Shown in pieces: positions 1-16,052 of a stretch of 64,000 nucleotides of DNA; position 1 is the stretch's first letter, and every line of letters starts with the position of its first letter. The stretch covers positions 1,600,001 to 1,664,000 of the forward strand of contig OZ245033.1 in the NCBI GenBank assembly GCA_965224025.1, in the 5' to 3' direction. The stretch is from Candidatus Multivorans sp. (GTDB lineage: Bacteria; Acidobacteriota; Thermoanaerobaculia; Multivoradales; Multivoraceae). The position numbers were made by a program, and so were the translations under genes. The notes under the pieces are model-generated. The model was not told where the DNA came from. It saw only the letters and a program-made list of their open reading frames with translations, and did no database searches.

Positions 1-225
1 GTTCGCCTCGCGCATCTCCAGGAAGCGGCCGAAGTCGCGCGACACCATCAGGTAGCCGCCCGCGATCAGGAAGATGACGATGAAGATGTAGCCCAGCGGC
101 GACGCGAAGTAGCCGCGGAACTCCCGCCGCAGCACCGCTCTCATGCCGACAAAACGCAGCGCCAGGGCGCCGCCCGGACTGCCTGCGGCAACCGAGGCCC
201 GCGGGGCGTTCTGCTCGGCGCTCAT
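1..225 (-). CDS. ABC-2 type transporter permease (GldF-like), N-terminal part; runs off window edge
   Basis: Hand translation gives ...MRAVLRREFRGYFASPLGYIFIVIFLIAGGYLM..., typical ABC-2 permease start; ATG at 225 overlaps the ATPase stop (ATGA). Confidence 0.85.
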   Translation of the reverse strand, partial: MSAEQNAPRASVAAGSPGGALALRFVGMRAVLRREFRGYFASPLGYIFIVIFLIAGGYLMVSRDFGRFLEMREAN

Positions 226-1184
226 GCCGCCACCCCCCTCGTCACCTCGCGGAACAACTCGTCGAGCCGGCCCTCCCGCACCCGAACGCCGGCGATCCGG
301 CGCTCACCGACCGTCGCCAGCACATCGTTCAGGCGATTCTCGCCGTGCCGCGGCTCGACTTCGACCTCGCCGTTCGGCAGCACACGGGCCGCGGCGCACC
401 ACGCGGCGGCGGACAGCTCCGCCGCCACCTCGCCGGCGTCGCCGTCCGTGACCCGGAAGCGGACCGCGTTGTGGCCCGGGGCCCGGGTCACCAGGTCGTC
501 AGGCGTCGAGTCGACGAGGATGCGCCCCTCCGAGAGGATGACGGCGCGGTTGCACACCCGCTCCGCCTCGTCGAGGATGTGGGTAGACAACACGATGCAG
601 CGGTTGGAGGACAGGCTCAGGATCAGGTCCTGGACCACCGCCTTCTGGTTCGGGTCCAGTCCGTCGGTCGGCTCGTCGAGGATCAGAACATCCGGATCGT
701 GGATCAGAGCCTGCGCCAGACCGACGCGGTGCTTGAAGCCCTTGGACAGGGTCTCGATCGTCTGGCCGCGCACCCGGCGCAGGTGCGTCGCCTCGATCAC
801 CGAGTCGATCGCGGCCTCCGGCGCCTCGAGCTCGCGCGCCTCGGCAATGAAGCCGAGGAATGCCTCGACCGTCATCTCGCCGTAGGCGGGTGCGTTCTCC
901 GGCAGGTAGCCGATCCGCCGGCTCACGGTCAGTCGATCCCGGCCGACATCCAGGCCGGCGACCGAAACAGTGCCGGCGTCCGGCTCCAGGAAGCCGGTGA
1001 TCATCTTCATCGCCGTCGTCTTGCCGGCGCCGTTCGGCCCGAGAAAGCCGAGCACGTCGCCGCGGCGCACTTCGAAGCTGATCCCGTCGACGGCCCGGAT
1101 CGGGCCGTAGTGCTTGGTCAGGTTGTGGACCGCGATCAGAACTTCGCCGGCCCTGCCGGAGTCGGGGTGGTCGGTTTCGGTCAC
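222..1184 (-). CDS. ABC transporter ATP-binding protein (GldA-like)
   Basis: Walker A GPNGAGKT, signature-like LSKGFKHR, Walker B ILDEPT, H-loop LSTH; start placed at GTG 1184 with GGAG upstream (ORF track extends to 1241). Confidence 0.93.
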   Translation of the reverse strand: MTETDHPDSGRAGEVLIAVHNLTKHYGPIRAVDGISFEVRRGDVLGFLGPNGAGKTTAMKMITGFLEPDAGTVSVAGLDVGRDRLTVSRRIGYLPENAPAYGEMTVEAFLGFIAEARELEAPEAAIDSVIEATHLRRVRGQTIETLSKGFKHRVGLAQALIHDPDVLILDEPTDGLDPNQKAVVQDLILSLSSNRCIVLSTHILDEAERVCNRAVILSEGRILVDSTPDDLVTRAPGHNAVRFRVTDGDAGEVAAELSAAAWCAAARVLPNGEVEVEPRHGENRLNDVLATVGERRIAGVRVREGRLDELFREVTRGVAA

Positions 1185-1314
1185 TCTCGACTTTCTCCGT
1201 GAACAGTTGAGGTTTGCGCGCGCCAAGCCAGCTTGGCCCAAAGGATCTCAGCACGCGGCGCCAGCAAACGCAAGACTCCTGCCAAGCCAGGGCGCCCGAC
1301 CGCTTCGCTGATCG

Positions 1315-3957
1315 CTACCAGGTTTCTGGCGCGGAGGTCGAGTCGATCAGGCCGCTCAGGAAGATCGCGTTCAGAAACAGGCGGTTCGAGCCGTAGAAGT
1401 AGGCGCGGAAGTTTGGATCGTCCAGGAGCTGGATCACCACGCCGCGGCCCATCCGGCTGGCGATGACGGCCGGCTTGCCGGCGAGCCGGCTCTGGTTCTC
1501 CGGCGAAATCCAGCCGGAGAGCCGCGGCGGATCCCGGTACAGGCCAACGTTCTCGAACGGGTCGGAACTGGGCGGCAGGACCATCTCGCCGGTGCGGATT
1601 GTGGCGAGGTCCGGCCGCCTGTAGCCGTAGGCCAACGGATGGGTCAGATCGAGTTCGACGCCGACGATCGTGCCGGCAATGAGCTGCTCGGCCCGCTGGT
1701 CCCGGTAGTCGGCGTAGCGCCGGCGCTCCGACGCCTCGGAAGCGTCCACGTCCGCTGCGTCGGCCGCCTCGTCCTCGGCAATCCCTTCCCGGCCCAGGAG
1801 TTCGCCGCTCGCCCAACGGCTCGCCGGACCGATGGCCACCACCGCGCCGCCGCCCCGTACCCAGGCCTGGAGGCGATCCCGGACTTCCGCGGGCGGCGAG
1901 GCGCCGCCGAAGCGGCCGCCGCCGAAAGCCAGCACAACGTGGGTGTACCGGTCCAAGTCCACGCCGCCCAGCGCGCCAAGATCGACCAGCGACGCCTCGA
2001 CGCCGAAGCGCTCGTCGAGCAGGTGCCAGGCCTCGCCCACCCGGTACGACGAGGCGCCGGAACCGGTCACGAGCAGCGGCCGCGGGGCGACCAGCGAGCG
2101 CAGGCTCGGGCTGCCCAGGTCGATTCCGGCCGCGGCCCGACCGCTGATCAACCGGTGAACGTCGACGCCGTCGGCGGCCGCCGCTTCGGCGAGCAGTTCC
2201 TCCAGGTCAACCCCGGCGTTGCCGCCCGGCTCCCCGGCCCGGCCGACCGGCACGACGATCGCTCCCGGTTTGAAAGATTGCGGACCGCCGGCCGTCTCCG
2301 CCCTGAAGGGCCTGACGGCGGCGCGGGTCCGGGCGCCGGCCCGCTGCAGCCGGTTCAGAGCGCGCGGCGCGAAGTAGCCGTCCCACGAGAAGGCGTAGGC
2401 GTACACCACTTCGTTGGCTCCCGCCTCGCCAAACCGGCCCGGTTCAATCGATGCATCCGTCACGGGCGCTCCGAGCATGTCCCGCCGGTAGCCGCCGCCG
2501 TCGAGCAGGTCGTACTCGGCGCCGAAAGCGAGCGGCAACGTCCAGGCCGAAACGTCGTAGAAGACCGTGTCATTGAACTCGGTCACTTTCTCGAAGAAAG
2601 ACCGGACGAGCGTCGTCTGCGCCTGCTCGAGCGGCACCAGCCAGGACCGGCTGGAGAAATAGGCGCGACCGTCGATCGCGATGTCCTCCATCGTCCCGTA
2701 GACCTCGATCTCGTGACGCAACAGAAGGTCCAGCATGCGATGGGCCCGGCCACGGTCGCCGTCGACATGGAACACGTAGGCGGCTGGACCGGACTCCGCC
2801 GCCGCGGCCAGAGCGCCCCGGAAGAAGTCGCGCTGGTGCTCCAGCAACTCGATACGCTTCGCCACGCCGCCCTCGACCATCGACAGGGAGGCCAGCAGAT
2901 GGTTCTTGATCCCGAAACCGAAGGCGAGTTCTCCGTTCGCCGTCTCGATCCGGTGGCCCTCGGCGCTCGCCTGCTCGAACAGGAAGCCGACCCCGCCGTG
3001 AGCGTCAGGGTAGGTCGAACCCTTGCCCAGGTAGAAGTCGTCGAAACCCTCGCGGCTGTAGTACAGCCGTCCCAGCCCATCGAACACGGAGGCGTGGTGC
3101 GCGGCGATCGCCTCGGTCAGCTCCACGTTGCGTTCGGGAATGAGGGGGTTGCGACGACTCGGGACGCCCGGCTGGAAGAAGAACGTGCTGTTGGAGCCCA
3201 TCTCGTGGAAGTCGCCCACCAGGTTCGGCTGCCAAGCCTTCCAGGTCGCCATCCGGGCCTGCGATTCGGGGTGCTGCAGCAGCAGCCAGTCCCGATTCAG
3301 GTCGAACCAATAGTGGTTCGTGCGTCCGCCCGGCCACGGCTCGCGGTGCTCCCGGTGCCCCGGGTCGGCATTCAGCACCTTGCCCCGATTGGTGTTCGCC
3401 CAGTGCGCGAAGCGGCCCAGTCCGTCGGGGTTCAGGCTCGGGTCGAGCAGAATGACCGCTTGGTCCAACTGATCCACGACCGCCTGGGATCGGGACGCCG
3501 CAAGGTGGTAGGCGACGAGCATCGAGGCGTTCGAGCCACTCGGCTCGTTGCCGTGGATGCTGTAGCCGAGCCAGATGACGACCGGCAGGCCGTCGAGCTC
3601 CGGCGCCGGCAAGCGGGGATCGACCAGGCCGCGCCGGATCTCGCGGATCTCATCGAGCCGCGCGTGGTTGCGCGGCGACGTGATGGCCAGCAGAAGCTGG
3701 GGACGCTGTTCGTGGGTGTGCCCCTGCACCGACACCGACACCCGCGCCGAGGACGCCGCCAACGCCCGCATGTAGGCGTCTAACTGGTCGGGCCGGACGT
3801 GCCAGTCGCCGACCTCGTAGCCGAGCACCGCGGACGGTCGTGGTACGTCCGGCTCGTAGGCTGACGGGTCGGCGGCGTCCGGCATGTAGTACGACAGCTC
3901 CTCGGCCGCCACGGGGCCGCAGAGCAGCAGGAGAACAAAGGGCAATCTGGCGAGCAT
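1315..3957 (-). CDS. Secreted M14 family zinc carboxypeptidase
   Basis: Signal peptide; motifs SIHGNEPSG, NPDG, DLNRDW, DFHEMG. Confidence 0.9.
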   Translation of the reverse strand: MLARLPFVLLLLCGPVAAEELSYYMPDAADPSAYEPDVPRPSAVLGYEVGDWHVRPDQLDAYMRALAASSARVSVSVQGHTHEQRPQLLLAITSPRNHARLDEIREIRRGLVDPRLPAPELDGLPVVIWLGYSIHGNEPSGSNASMLVAYHLAASRSQAVVDQLDQAVILLDPSLNPDGLGRFAHWANTNRGKVLNADPGHREHREPWPGGRTNHYWFDLNRDWLLLQHPESQARMATWKAWQPNLVGDFHEMGSNSTFFFQPGVPSRRNPLIPERNVELTEAIAAHHASVFDGLGRLYYSREGFDDFYLGKGSTYPDAHGGVGFLFEQASAEGHRIETANGELAFGFGIKNHLLASLSMVEGGVAKRIELLEHQRDFFRGALAAAAESGPAAYVFHVDGDRGRAHRMLDLLLRHEIEVYGTMEDIAIDGRAYFSSRSWLVPLEQAQTTLVRSFFEKVTEFNDTVFYDVSAWTLPLAFGAEYDLLDGGGYRRDMLGAPVTDASIEPGRFGEAGANEVVYAYAFSWDGYFAPRALNRLQRAGARTRAAVRPFRAETAGGPQSFKPGAIVVPVGRAGEPGGNAGVDLEELLAEAAAADGVDVHRLISGRAAAGIDLGSPSLRSLVAPRPLLVTGSGASSYRVGEAWHLLDERFGVEASLVDLGALGGVDLDRYTHVVLAFGGGRFGGASPPAEVRDRLQAWVRGGGAVVAIGPASRWASGELLGREGIAEDEAADAADVDASEASERRRYADYRDQRAEQLIAGTIVGVELDLTHPLAYGYRRPDLATIRTGEMVLPPSSDPFENVGLYRDPPRLSGWISPENQSRLAGKPAVIASRMGRGVVIQLLDDPNFRAYFYGSNRLFLNAIFLSGLIDSTSAPETW

Positions 3958-3984
3958 GGCCGGGAGTGTAGCCGCGAGCTCCGG

Positions 3985-5463
3985 CTACGAACCTCCGACC
4001 GTGGCGTGGACGTCCTCGAACTCCTCCGCTGCTCCTTCGGGAGGCTTCGTCCACAAACTGACGATCACCGTCGCGGCGACGCCGGCAATGAGACCCGGCA
4101 GCAACTCGTACAGGTCGTAGAAGGACACCTTGAACAACAGCACCCAGGCGACTGTCACCGTGAATCCCGTGAACATCCCGACGACGGCGCCCGGCAACGT
4201 CGTCCGCTTCCAGAACAGAGAGCAGAGGACGACCGGCACGAAGGCGCCCCCCAGGCCCGACCAGGCGAAGAGGATGAACCAGAACAGCACGCGAGGTTCC
4301 TTCAACGCGAACGGAACAGCCAAGGCACCGATCGCGACCGTAGCGACACGACCGTAGAGCGACAGACGAGTATCTCCACCGGTCGCTCCGAACACCTTCT
4401 GCGCGAGATCGCGCACCACGGACGACGAGGCGAGGATCAGCAGTGAATCGACGGTCGACATGATCGCGCCGAGCACGATGACCAGGAAGATGCCGGTGAA
4501 CACCGCCGGAAACAGCTCGGCGCTCATCATCGGCATGACGGTTTCCTGGTCGTCGAGCAAGGGGAACAGCGCCCGGCCGGCGATCCCGGTGAACACCGCG
4601 CCGACATCGAACAGCACCATGCAGACCACGGCGATTGGGCCACCACGCCTGATCTCGCCGCCCGAGGCGGCGGACATGAAGCGGGTCAGGAGCTGGGGCG
4701 CACCCAGGAACGCGAGACCGATGCCGGCGAAACTCGCAGCCGAGAGTACGCCCGGCCAGGTCGCTCCATGGCTGCCCATCGCACGCAGGAGGCTCGGATC
4801 CGCCGCCTCGAGCGTGCCGACCACTTCGCTCCAGCCACCGGCGGCCACGAAGCCCACGATCGGCAGCAGGATGAGCCCGCCGACCATCAACAACCCCTGC
4901 ACCAGGTCCGAGTAGGCGACCGCCTTGAAGCCGCCGACGGCGGTGTAGAACACCGTCACCACCACCCCCAGCCACACGCCGGAACCGTAGCTGAAGCCCA
5001 GGAACGACGAGAACGCCTTGCCCGTCGCGACCAGTTGGGCGCAGCAGTAGACCGTGACCATGGACAGGGTGATCGCGATCGAAAGCACCCTCAGGAGGTG
5101 ATAGCGGTCCCGGAACCGCTGCTCCAGGTAGTCGGGAACCGTGATCGCCCGGTAGCGGTCCGTGTATTCCTTGAATGGGCGCGCGACGAAGATCCACGCG
5201 ATCGCCACGCCCATCACTTCGCCGAAGACGACCCATAGCGCGTGGAAGCCGACCGCATACCCCATTCCCGTCAGGCCCAGCAGCAGCCAACCGCTCTCGC
5301 CGGTGGCGTTCGAACTGAACGCGATCACCCAGGACGGGAGCCTCCTGCCGGCGATGTAGTAGCCCTCGAGGCTCGCTCCCTCGCGCCGGCTCCACAAGCC
5401 GAGACCCAGCAGCACGAGCATGTACAGCCCCAGCGGGACCAGGACCAGGGCGCTCGCGGTCAT
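3985..5463 (-). CDS. putP: Sodium/proline symporter (SSS family)
   Basis: Many TM segments; YYIAGRRL, SSNATGESGWLLLGLTG, GGFKAVAYSD, AIMSTVDSLL motifs of PutP-like SSS transporters. Confidence 0.85.
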   Translation of the reverse strand: MTASALVLVPLGLYMLVLLGLGLWSRREGASLEGYYIAGRRLPSWVIAFSSNATGESGWLLLGLTGMGYAVGFHALWVVFGEVMGVAIAWIFVARPFKEYTDRYRAITVPDYLEQRFRDRYHLLRVLSIAITLSMVTVYCCAQLVATGKAFSSFLGFSYGSGVWLGVVVTVFYTAVGGFKAVAYSDLVQGLLMVGGLILLPIVGFVAAGGWSEVVGTLEAADPSLLRAMGSHGATWPGVLSAASFAGIGLAFLGAPQLLTRFMSAASGGEIRRGGPIAVVCMVLFDVGAVFTGIAGRALFPLLDDQETVMPMMSAELFPAVFTGIFLVIVLGAIMSTVDSLLILASSSVVRDLAQKVFGATGGDTRLSLYGRVATVAIGALAVPFALKEPRVLFWFILFAWSGLGGAFVPVVLCSLFWKRTTLPGAVVGMFTGFTVTVAWVLLFKVSFYDLYELLPGLIAGVAATVIVSLWTKPPEGAAEEFEDVHATVGGS

Positions 5464-5603
5464 GCGCCGTTGCCCCGGGCAGGCACTTCGCGGCCGCGAC
5501 GTCTGCCTCTCTCAGACCAGCGCCGCAGCAGCACCAAAGCGGGCCCGGCGCCGACCGAGACCGCCAACAGGATCCAGGTCGAGATCGGCAGGCCGTTCCA
5601 CAT
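5460..5603 (-). CDS. Small single-TM protein (47 aa) coupled to the symporter
   Basis: MWNGLPISTWILLAVSVGAGPALVLLRRWSERGRRRG...; one hydrophobic helix then basic tail; its TGA overlaps the putP ATG (ATGA). Confidence 0.6.
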   Translation of the reverse strand: MWNGLPISTWILLAVSVGAGPALVLLRRWSERGRRRGREVPARGNGA

Positions 5604-5702
5604 GGGCCGGCAGGGTAACAGCCGGCGAGCCGCGCAGCGACCGCTCCTCCGGCGCCGCGGGACGGTCACCGCTTCGCGGCGCGCCCCCTTCAGAGCCGGC
5701 GA

Positions 5703-5766
5703 GAACCCGGGGGGTGCGATCCGCGCCACACGTGAACCAGCCCGTGCGCCCGTCATCGGGCGCATG
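5703..5766 (+). repeat. Dispersed double-hairpin element, copy 1 (inverted relative to copies 2 and 3)
   Basis: GAACCCGGGGGGTGCGATCCGCGCCACACGTGAACCAGCCCGTGCGCCCGTCATCGGGCGCATG; its reverse complement aligns with 34288-34352 and 42255-42319. Confidence 0.85.
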
Positions 5767-5814
5767 AACGGCACGCCGGCGCACCCAGTCCGCGGCCAGT
5801 TCCTGCCCTGACTC

Positions 5815-6022
5815 CTAGCCGAGCAGGAGCTTGAGCGCCGCGACGGTTAACGCACCGACGGTGAACATCGTGGCGACCATGGTCGCAACCATCCAGACCT
5901 TGAGGTTTGCCATGTCGGCTTTGGTCGCCACATGCTCCATGCGCTCGTCGATACGGGCGCGCCATGCAACCCAGTTCTTCGGTCCGCGGCAGGTCTACGG
6001 CCGTCGTTTCCGCGCTCGTCAT
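5815..6022 (-). pseudogene. Small coiled-coil + C-terminal TM protein (DUF1640/CCDC90-like), apparently frameshifted; a 41-aa ORF remains at 5815-5940
   Basis: Frame A MTSAETTAVDLPRTEELG (ATG 6022) and frame B ARIDERMEHVATKADMANLKVWMVATMVATMFTVGALTVAALKLLLG*; the span is 208 nt, one base off frame. Confidence 0.55.
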
Positions 6023-6174
6023 TTCATCAAGCCTCCACAAGGCGCCTCGATGAACAGACAAGTTGGCCCGAGCAGTATGACATAGGCCCGGCCGCCGATC
6101 GTCTCGACGGAACCCGACTTCAGCGGGCTGTTAGCCTCGCAGGCCCGTCGAGACCTGTCCCGGGAGAGACCGTC

Positions 6175-9066
<2,892 letters not shown>

Positions 9067-9113
9067 CCCGCATCACGACCTTCCCCGACCCATTCCTCGC
9101 GAAGGAGACGCAC

Positions 9114-10436
9114 ATGAACCTCACGCGCCGCATCGGACTGTTCGCCGCCCTGATCACGCTCCTTGCTCTCCTGCCCGGCGCGGCCGCGGCCGCACCTCCC
9201 GCCGCGGCCGCCGATCAGGCCGGCGCCGCGCCGCTGCCGATCGCCGAGCCGGAGAGCGTCGGTATGTCCAGCGAGAGGCTGCAGCGCCTCTCGGGCGCGA
9301 TGGCGGGCTACGTCGACCGCAAGCAGGTCGCCGGCACCGTCACCCTGGTCGCCCGCCGAGGCAAGGTCGTTCACTTCGAAGCCCAGGGGCAAAGGTGGCA
9401 GGAAGAAGAGGCCCCGATGACCCGGGACACGATCTTCCGCATTGCGTCGATGACGAAGCCGATCGCCTCCGTCGCGCTGATGACCCTCTACGAAGAGGGC
9501 CGGTTCCAACTCCGGGACCCAATCGCGAAGTACCTGCCCGAGTTCGCCGAGATGCAGGTTGCGGTCGTGCCGGACGCCGATGAGTACCTGGGAGCGCCCT
9601 ACAAGCTGGTGGAGGCCGCGCGGCCGATCACCGTTCAGCACATTCTGACCCACACCGCCGGCTTTGCGAACAGCTACCGCGGGCTGGCCGGCGCCGAGTA
9701 CGCAAAGCTCCGGGAGCAGCGCACACCCGACTGGACGGTCGGCGACTTCGTCTCCGCCCTGGCCGAGGCGCCGCTCGAGTTCCACCCCGGCGACGCCTGG
9801 CAGTACGGCCCTTCCGTCGATGTCGTCGGGCGCCTGGTCGAGGTGCTCTCGGGGCAGACCTTCGACGAATACCTGAAGAAACGGATCTTCGCGCCACTCG
9901 GGATGACCGACACAACCTTCTACCTGCCCGAATCGAAGGTCGACCGTTTCGCCGCGCTCTACCGTCCCGGCGAGGACGGCACGATCGTCCTCACCGAGGC
10001 ACCGGATCTCAACGCCCGCCAGGTGCGCGAGCCCCACAAGTACTTCAGCGGCTCCGGCGGGCTCGTTTCGACCGCCGCAGACTACTACCGCTTCCACCAG
10101 ATGATGCTCTCCGGCGGCGAACTGGACGGGAACCGAGTGCTCGGCCGCAAGACCGTCGAACTGATGACCACGAACCACACCGGCGACCACGGCATCTGGC
10201 TACGCGGACCGGGCCACGGTTTCGGTCTCGGCTACAGCGTGGTCACGGACAAGGGACCCTCGGCCATGCCCGCCTCGGTCGGTTCCTACTCCTGGGGCGG
10301 CGCCTACTGCACCGTGTTCTGGGTCGATCCGGAGGAGGAACTGATCGGAATCCTGATGACCCAGGTGAGGCCGTACACCCACCTCAACATTCGCCAGGAC
10401 CTCCAGACCCTCGCCTATCAGGCCATCGTCGACTGA
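9114..10436 (+). CDS. Serine hydrolase, beta-lactamase (class C/EstB-like) family
   Basis: FRIASMTKP (SxxK), LTHTAG, WQYG, WGGAY; signal peptide; AAGGAG before ATG 9114 (alternative ATG 9063). Confidence 0.9.
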   Translation: MNLTRRIGLFAALITLLALLPGAAAAAPPAAAADQAGAAPLPIAEPESVGMSSERLQRLSGAMAGYVDRKQVAGTVTLVARRGKVVHFEAQGQRWQEEEAPMTRDTIFRIASMTKPIASVALMTLYEEGRFQLRDPIAKYLPEFAEMQVAVVPDADEYLGAPYKLVEAARPITVQHILTHTAGFANSYRGLAGAEYAKLREQRTPDWTVGDFVSALAEAPLEFHPGDAWQYGPSVDVVGRLVEVLSGQTFDEYLKKRIFAPLGMTDTTFYLPESKVDRFAALYRPGEDGTIVLTEAPDLNARQVREPHKYFSGSGGLVSTAADYYRFHQMMLSGGELDGNRVLGRKTVELMTTNHTGDHGIWLRGPGHGFGLGYSVVTDKGPSAMPASVGSYSWGGAYCTVFWVDPEEELIGILMTQVRPYTHLNIRQDLQTLAYQAIVD

Positions 10437-10462
10437 CCGGCCCGGCGAAGTAGGGGGCCCCG

Positions 10463-11359
10463 GTGGCGACCTGGGCGATCGGCGATGTCCACGGCTGCTT
10501 CCGCACCCTGGAGGCCCTGATCGACCGCATCGATCTCGACCAGCGCCGGGACCGCTTGTGGATGGTCGGCGACTTGGTGAACCGCGGTCCGCTCTCGCTA
10601 CAGGCCCTGCGATGGGCCCGTGCGCTGGACGATGAGATGAGCGACCGGTTCCAGGTCGTGCTGGGCAACCACGACCTGCACCTGATCGCCCGCGGGCTCG
10701 GCATTGCCGCTGCCCGACCCCGCGACACCCTGGACCAGGTGCTGATGGCTCCCGACAGGGCGGAGCTGATCGAATGGCTCCGGCGCCGCCCCTTCGTGTA
10801 CTCCGGACAGATCGAGAGCAGTCAGTTCGCCCTGGTTCACGCGGGATTGCCAACGGGCTGGTCGCCGAAGGATGTCCATGAGGCGGGCAAGCGACTGGAA
10901 CGGCAACTCCAGAGCAGTGAAGTGTCGTCCCTGCTCGGCCACGATCGATCGGGCAGGGACGAGAGTGGCGGCGCGGCACCACAGTCGAGGAATAGGGCGG
11001 CGCTTACAGCGTTCACACGAATGCGCATGCTCGACTCGAACGCCAGGCCGCACGACTACAGCGGTCCGCCCCAGGAAGCACCGGCGGGTCTACGGCCCTG
11101 GTTCGAGGTGGAGCCCCGTGCCTGCCCCGCCCAAACGGTTGTCTGCGGTCACTGGGCGGCGCTCGGCTACCGTCAGGCGAAGGATCTGATCGCCCTCGAC
11201 ACCGGTTGCGTGTGGAGCGGTAAACTGACTGCGGTCCGTCTCGAAGACCGTCGCGCCGTACAGGAGAAGATGAGCGACCGGCTCACGCAAGCGGTTTCGA
11301 ATCAACTTCCCTCCGAGGCCCTCGGCATCCCTCCGGGTCCCACAGCTTTGCGGTTCTAG
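10463..11359 (+). CDS. apaH: Symmetrical bis(5'-nucleosyl)-tetraphosphatase
   Basis: IGDVHGC, GDLVNRGP, LGNHDLHL, VHAG, GHWAALG, LDTGCVW. Confidence 0.92.
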   Translation: MATWAIGDVHGCFRTLEALIDRIDLDQRRDRLWMVGDLVNRGPLSLQALRWARALDDEMSDRFQVVLGNHDLHLIARGLGIAAARPRDTLDQVLMAPDRAELIEWLRRRPFVYSGQIESSQFALVHAGLPTGWSPKDVHEAGKRLERQLQSSEVSSLLGHDRSGRDESGGAAPQSRNRAALTAFTRMRMLDSNARPHDYSGPPQEAPAGLRPWFEVEPRACPAQTVVCGHWAALGYRQAKDLIALDTGCVWSGKLTAVRLEDRRAVQEKMSDRLTQAVSNQLPSEALGIPPGPTALRF

Positions 11360-11407
11360 GAGTCGAGTCGCGGCGTCCGCGCCGCGCTGACGCACAGGAA
11401 ACAGGGT

Positions 11408-11436
11408 TTGTTCCATGCGAGTTTCGTGTATATAGT
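11408..11436 (+). promoter_or_regulatory. Putative sigma70 promoter for the Calx-beta gene
   Basis: TTGTTC-N17-TATAGT in an AT-rich patch upstream of AAGGAG and GTG 11494. Confidence 0.5.
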
Positions 11437-11493
11437 CTCAAGTGCATAAGTGGCTGGGCCAGCCCTCAGGCTCAGAGTCAAGGAGTTGGTGAC

Positions 11494-15594
<4,101 letters not shown>

Positions 15595-15740
15595 CGGGGC
15601 TGAACTCCGGGTCGCGACGCCCGGCTTCAGATTCATGGGCTACTCCGGAAACCAATCCGGGCGCCGATGCGTTGTACCCTGTGAAGGCTCCCGGCCATCT
15701 CCGGGAACGGACGGGGAGAAGGCGGAAGAAGGCAATCGAC

Positions 15741-16052
15741 ATGAAGGATGCATACGCGATCTCGCGGATCCTGCTGGCCGATGTCTACGACGCGACGGCG
15801 CAAGAGGAGTCGGCCCCGGCGCCGCCGCGCCAGCGCCTGCGCCGGCTTGCACTGACCCTGTCGACGCTGCTCTTTGCGGCGGCTCACGCGCCGGCCGCCA
15901 AGCGGGCAGCGCCCGATGAAGCGCTTGACCGCCTGAACGAGATGACGCTGACGATCGGCGCCTGCGAGAGCGGCGGTGTGCTCTCCCCCGCCGAAGCAGA
16001 GCGCCTCCGTCAGATGAGCGAGGCGCTGGACCGCAGGCTTCGCCACGCCTAG
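15741..16052 (+). CDS. Small helical hypothetical protein (faintly four-helix-bundle-like)
   Basis: ATG 15741 after a purine-rich tract; amphipathic helices; fills the gap between two genes; family call weak. Confidence 0.5.
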   Translation: MKDAYAISRILLADVYDATAQEESAPAPPRQRLRRLALTLSTLLFAAAHAPAAKRAAPDEALDRLNEMTLTIGACESGGVLSPAEAERLRQMSEALDRRLRHA

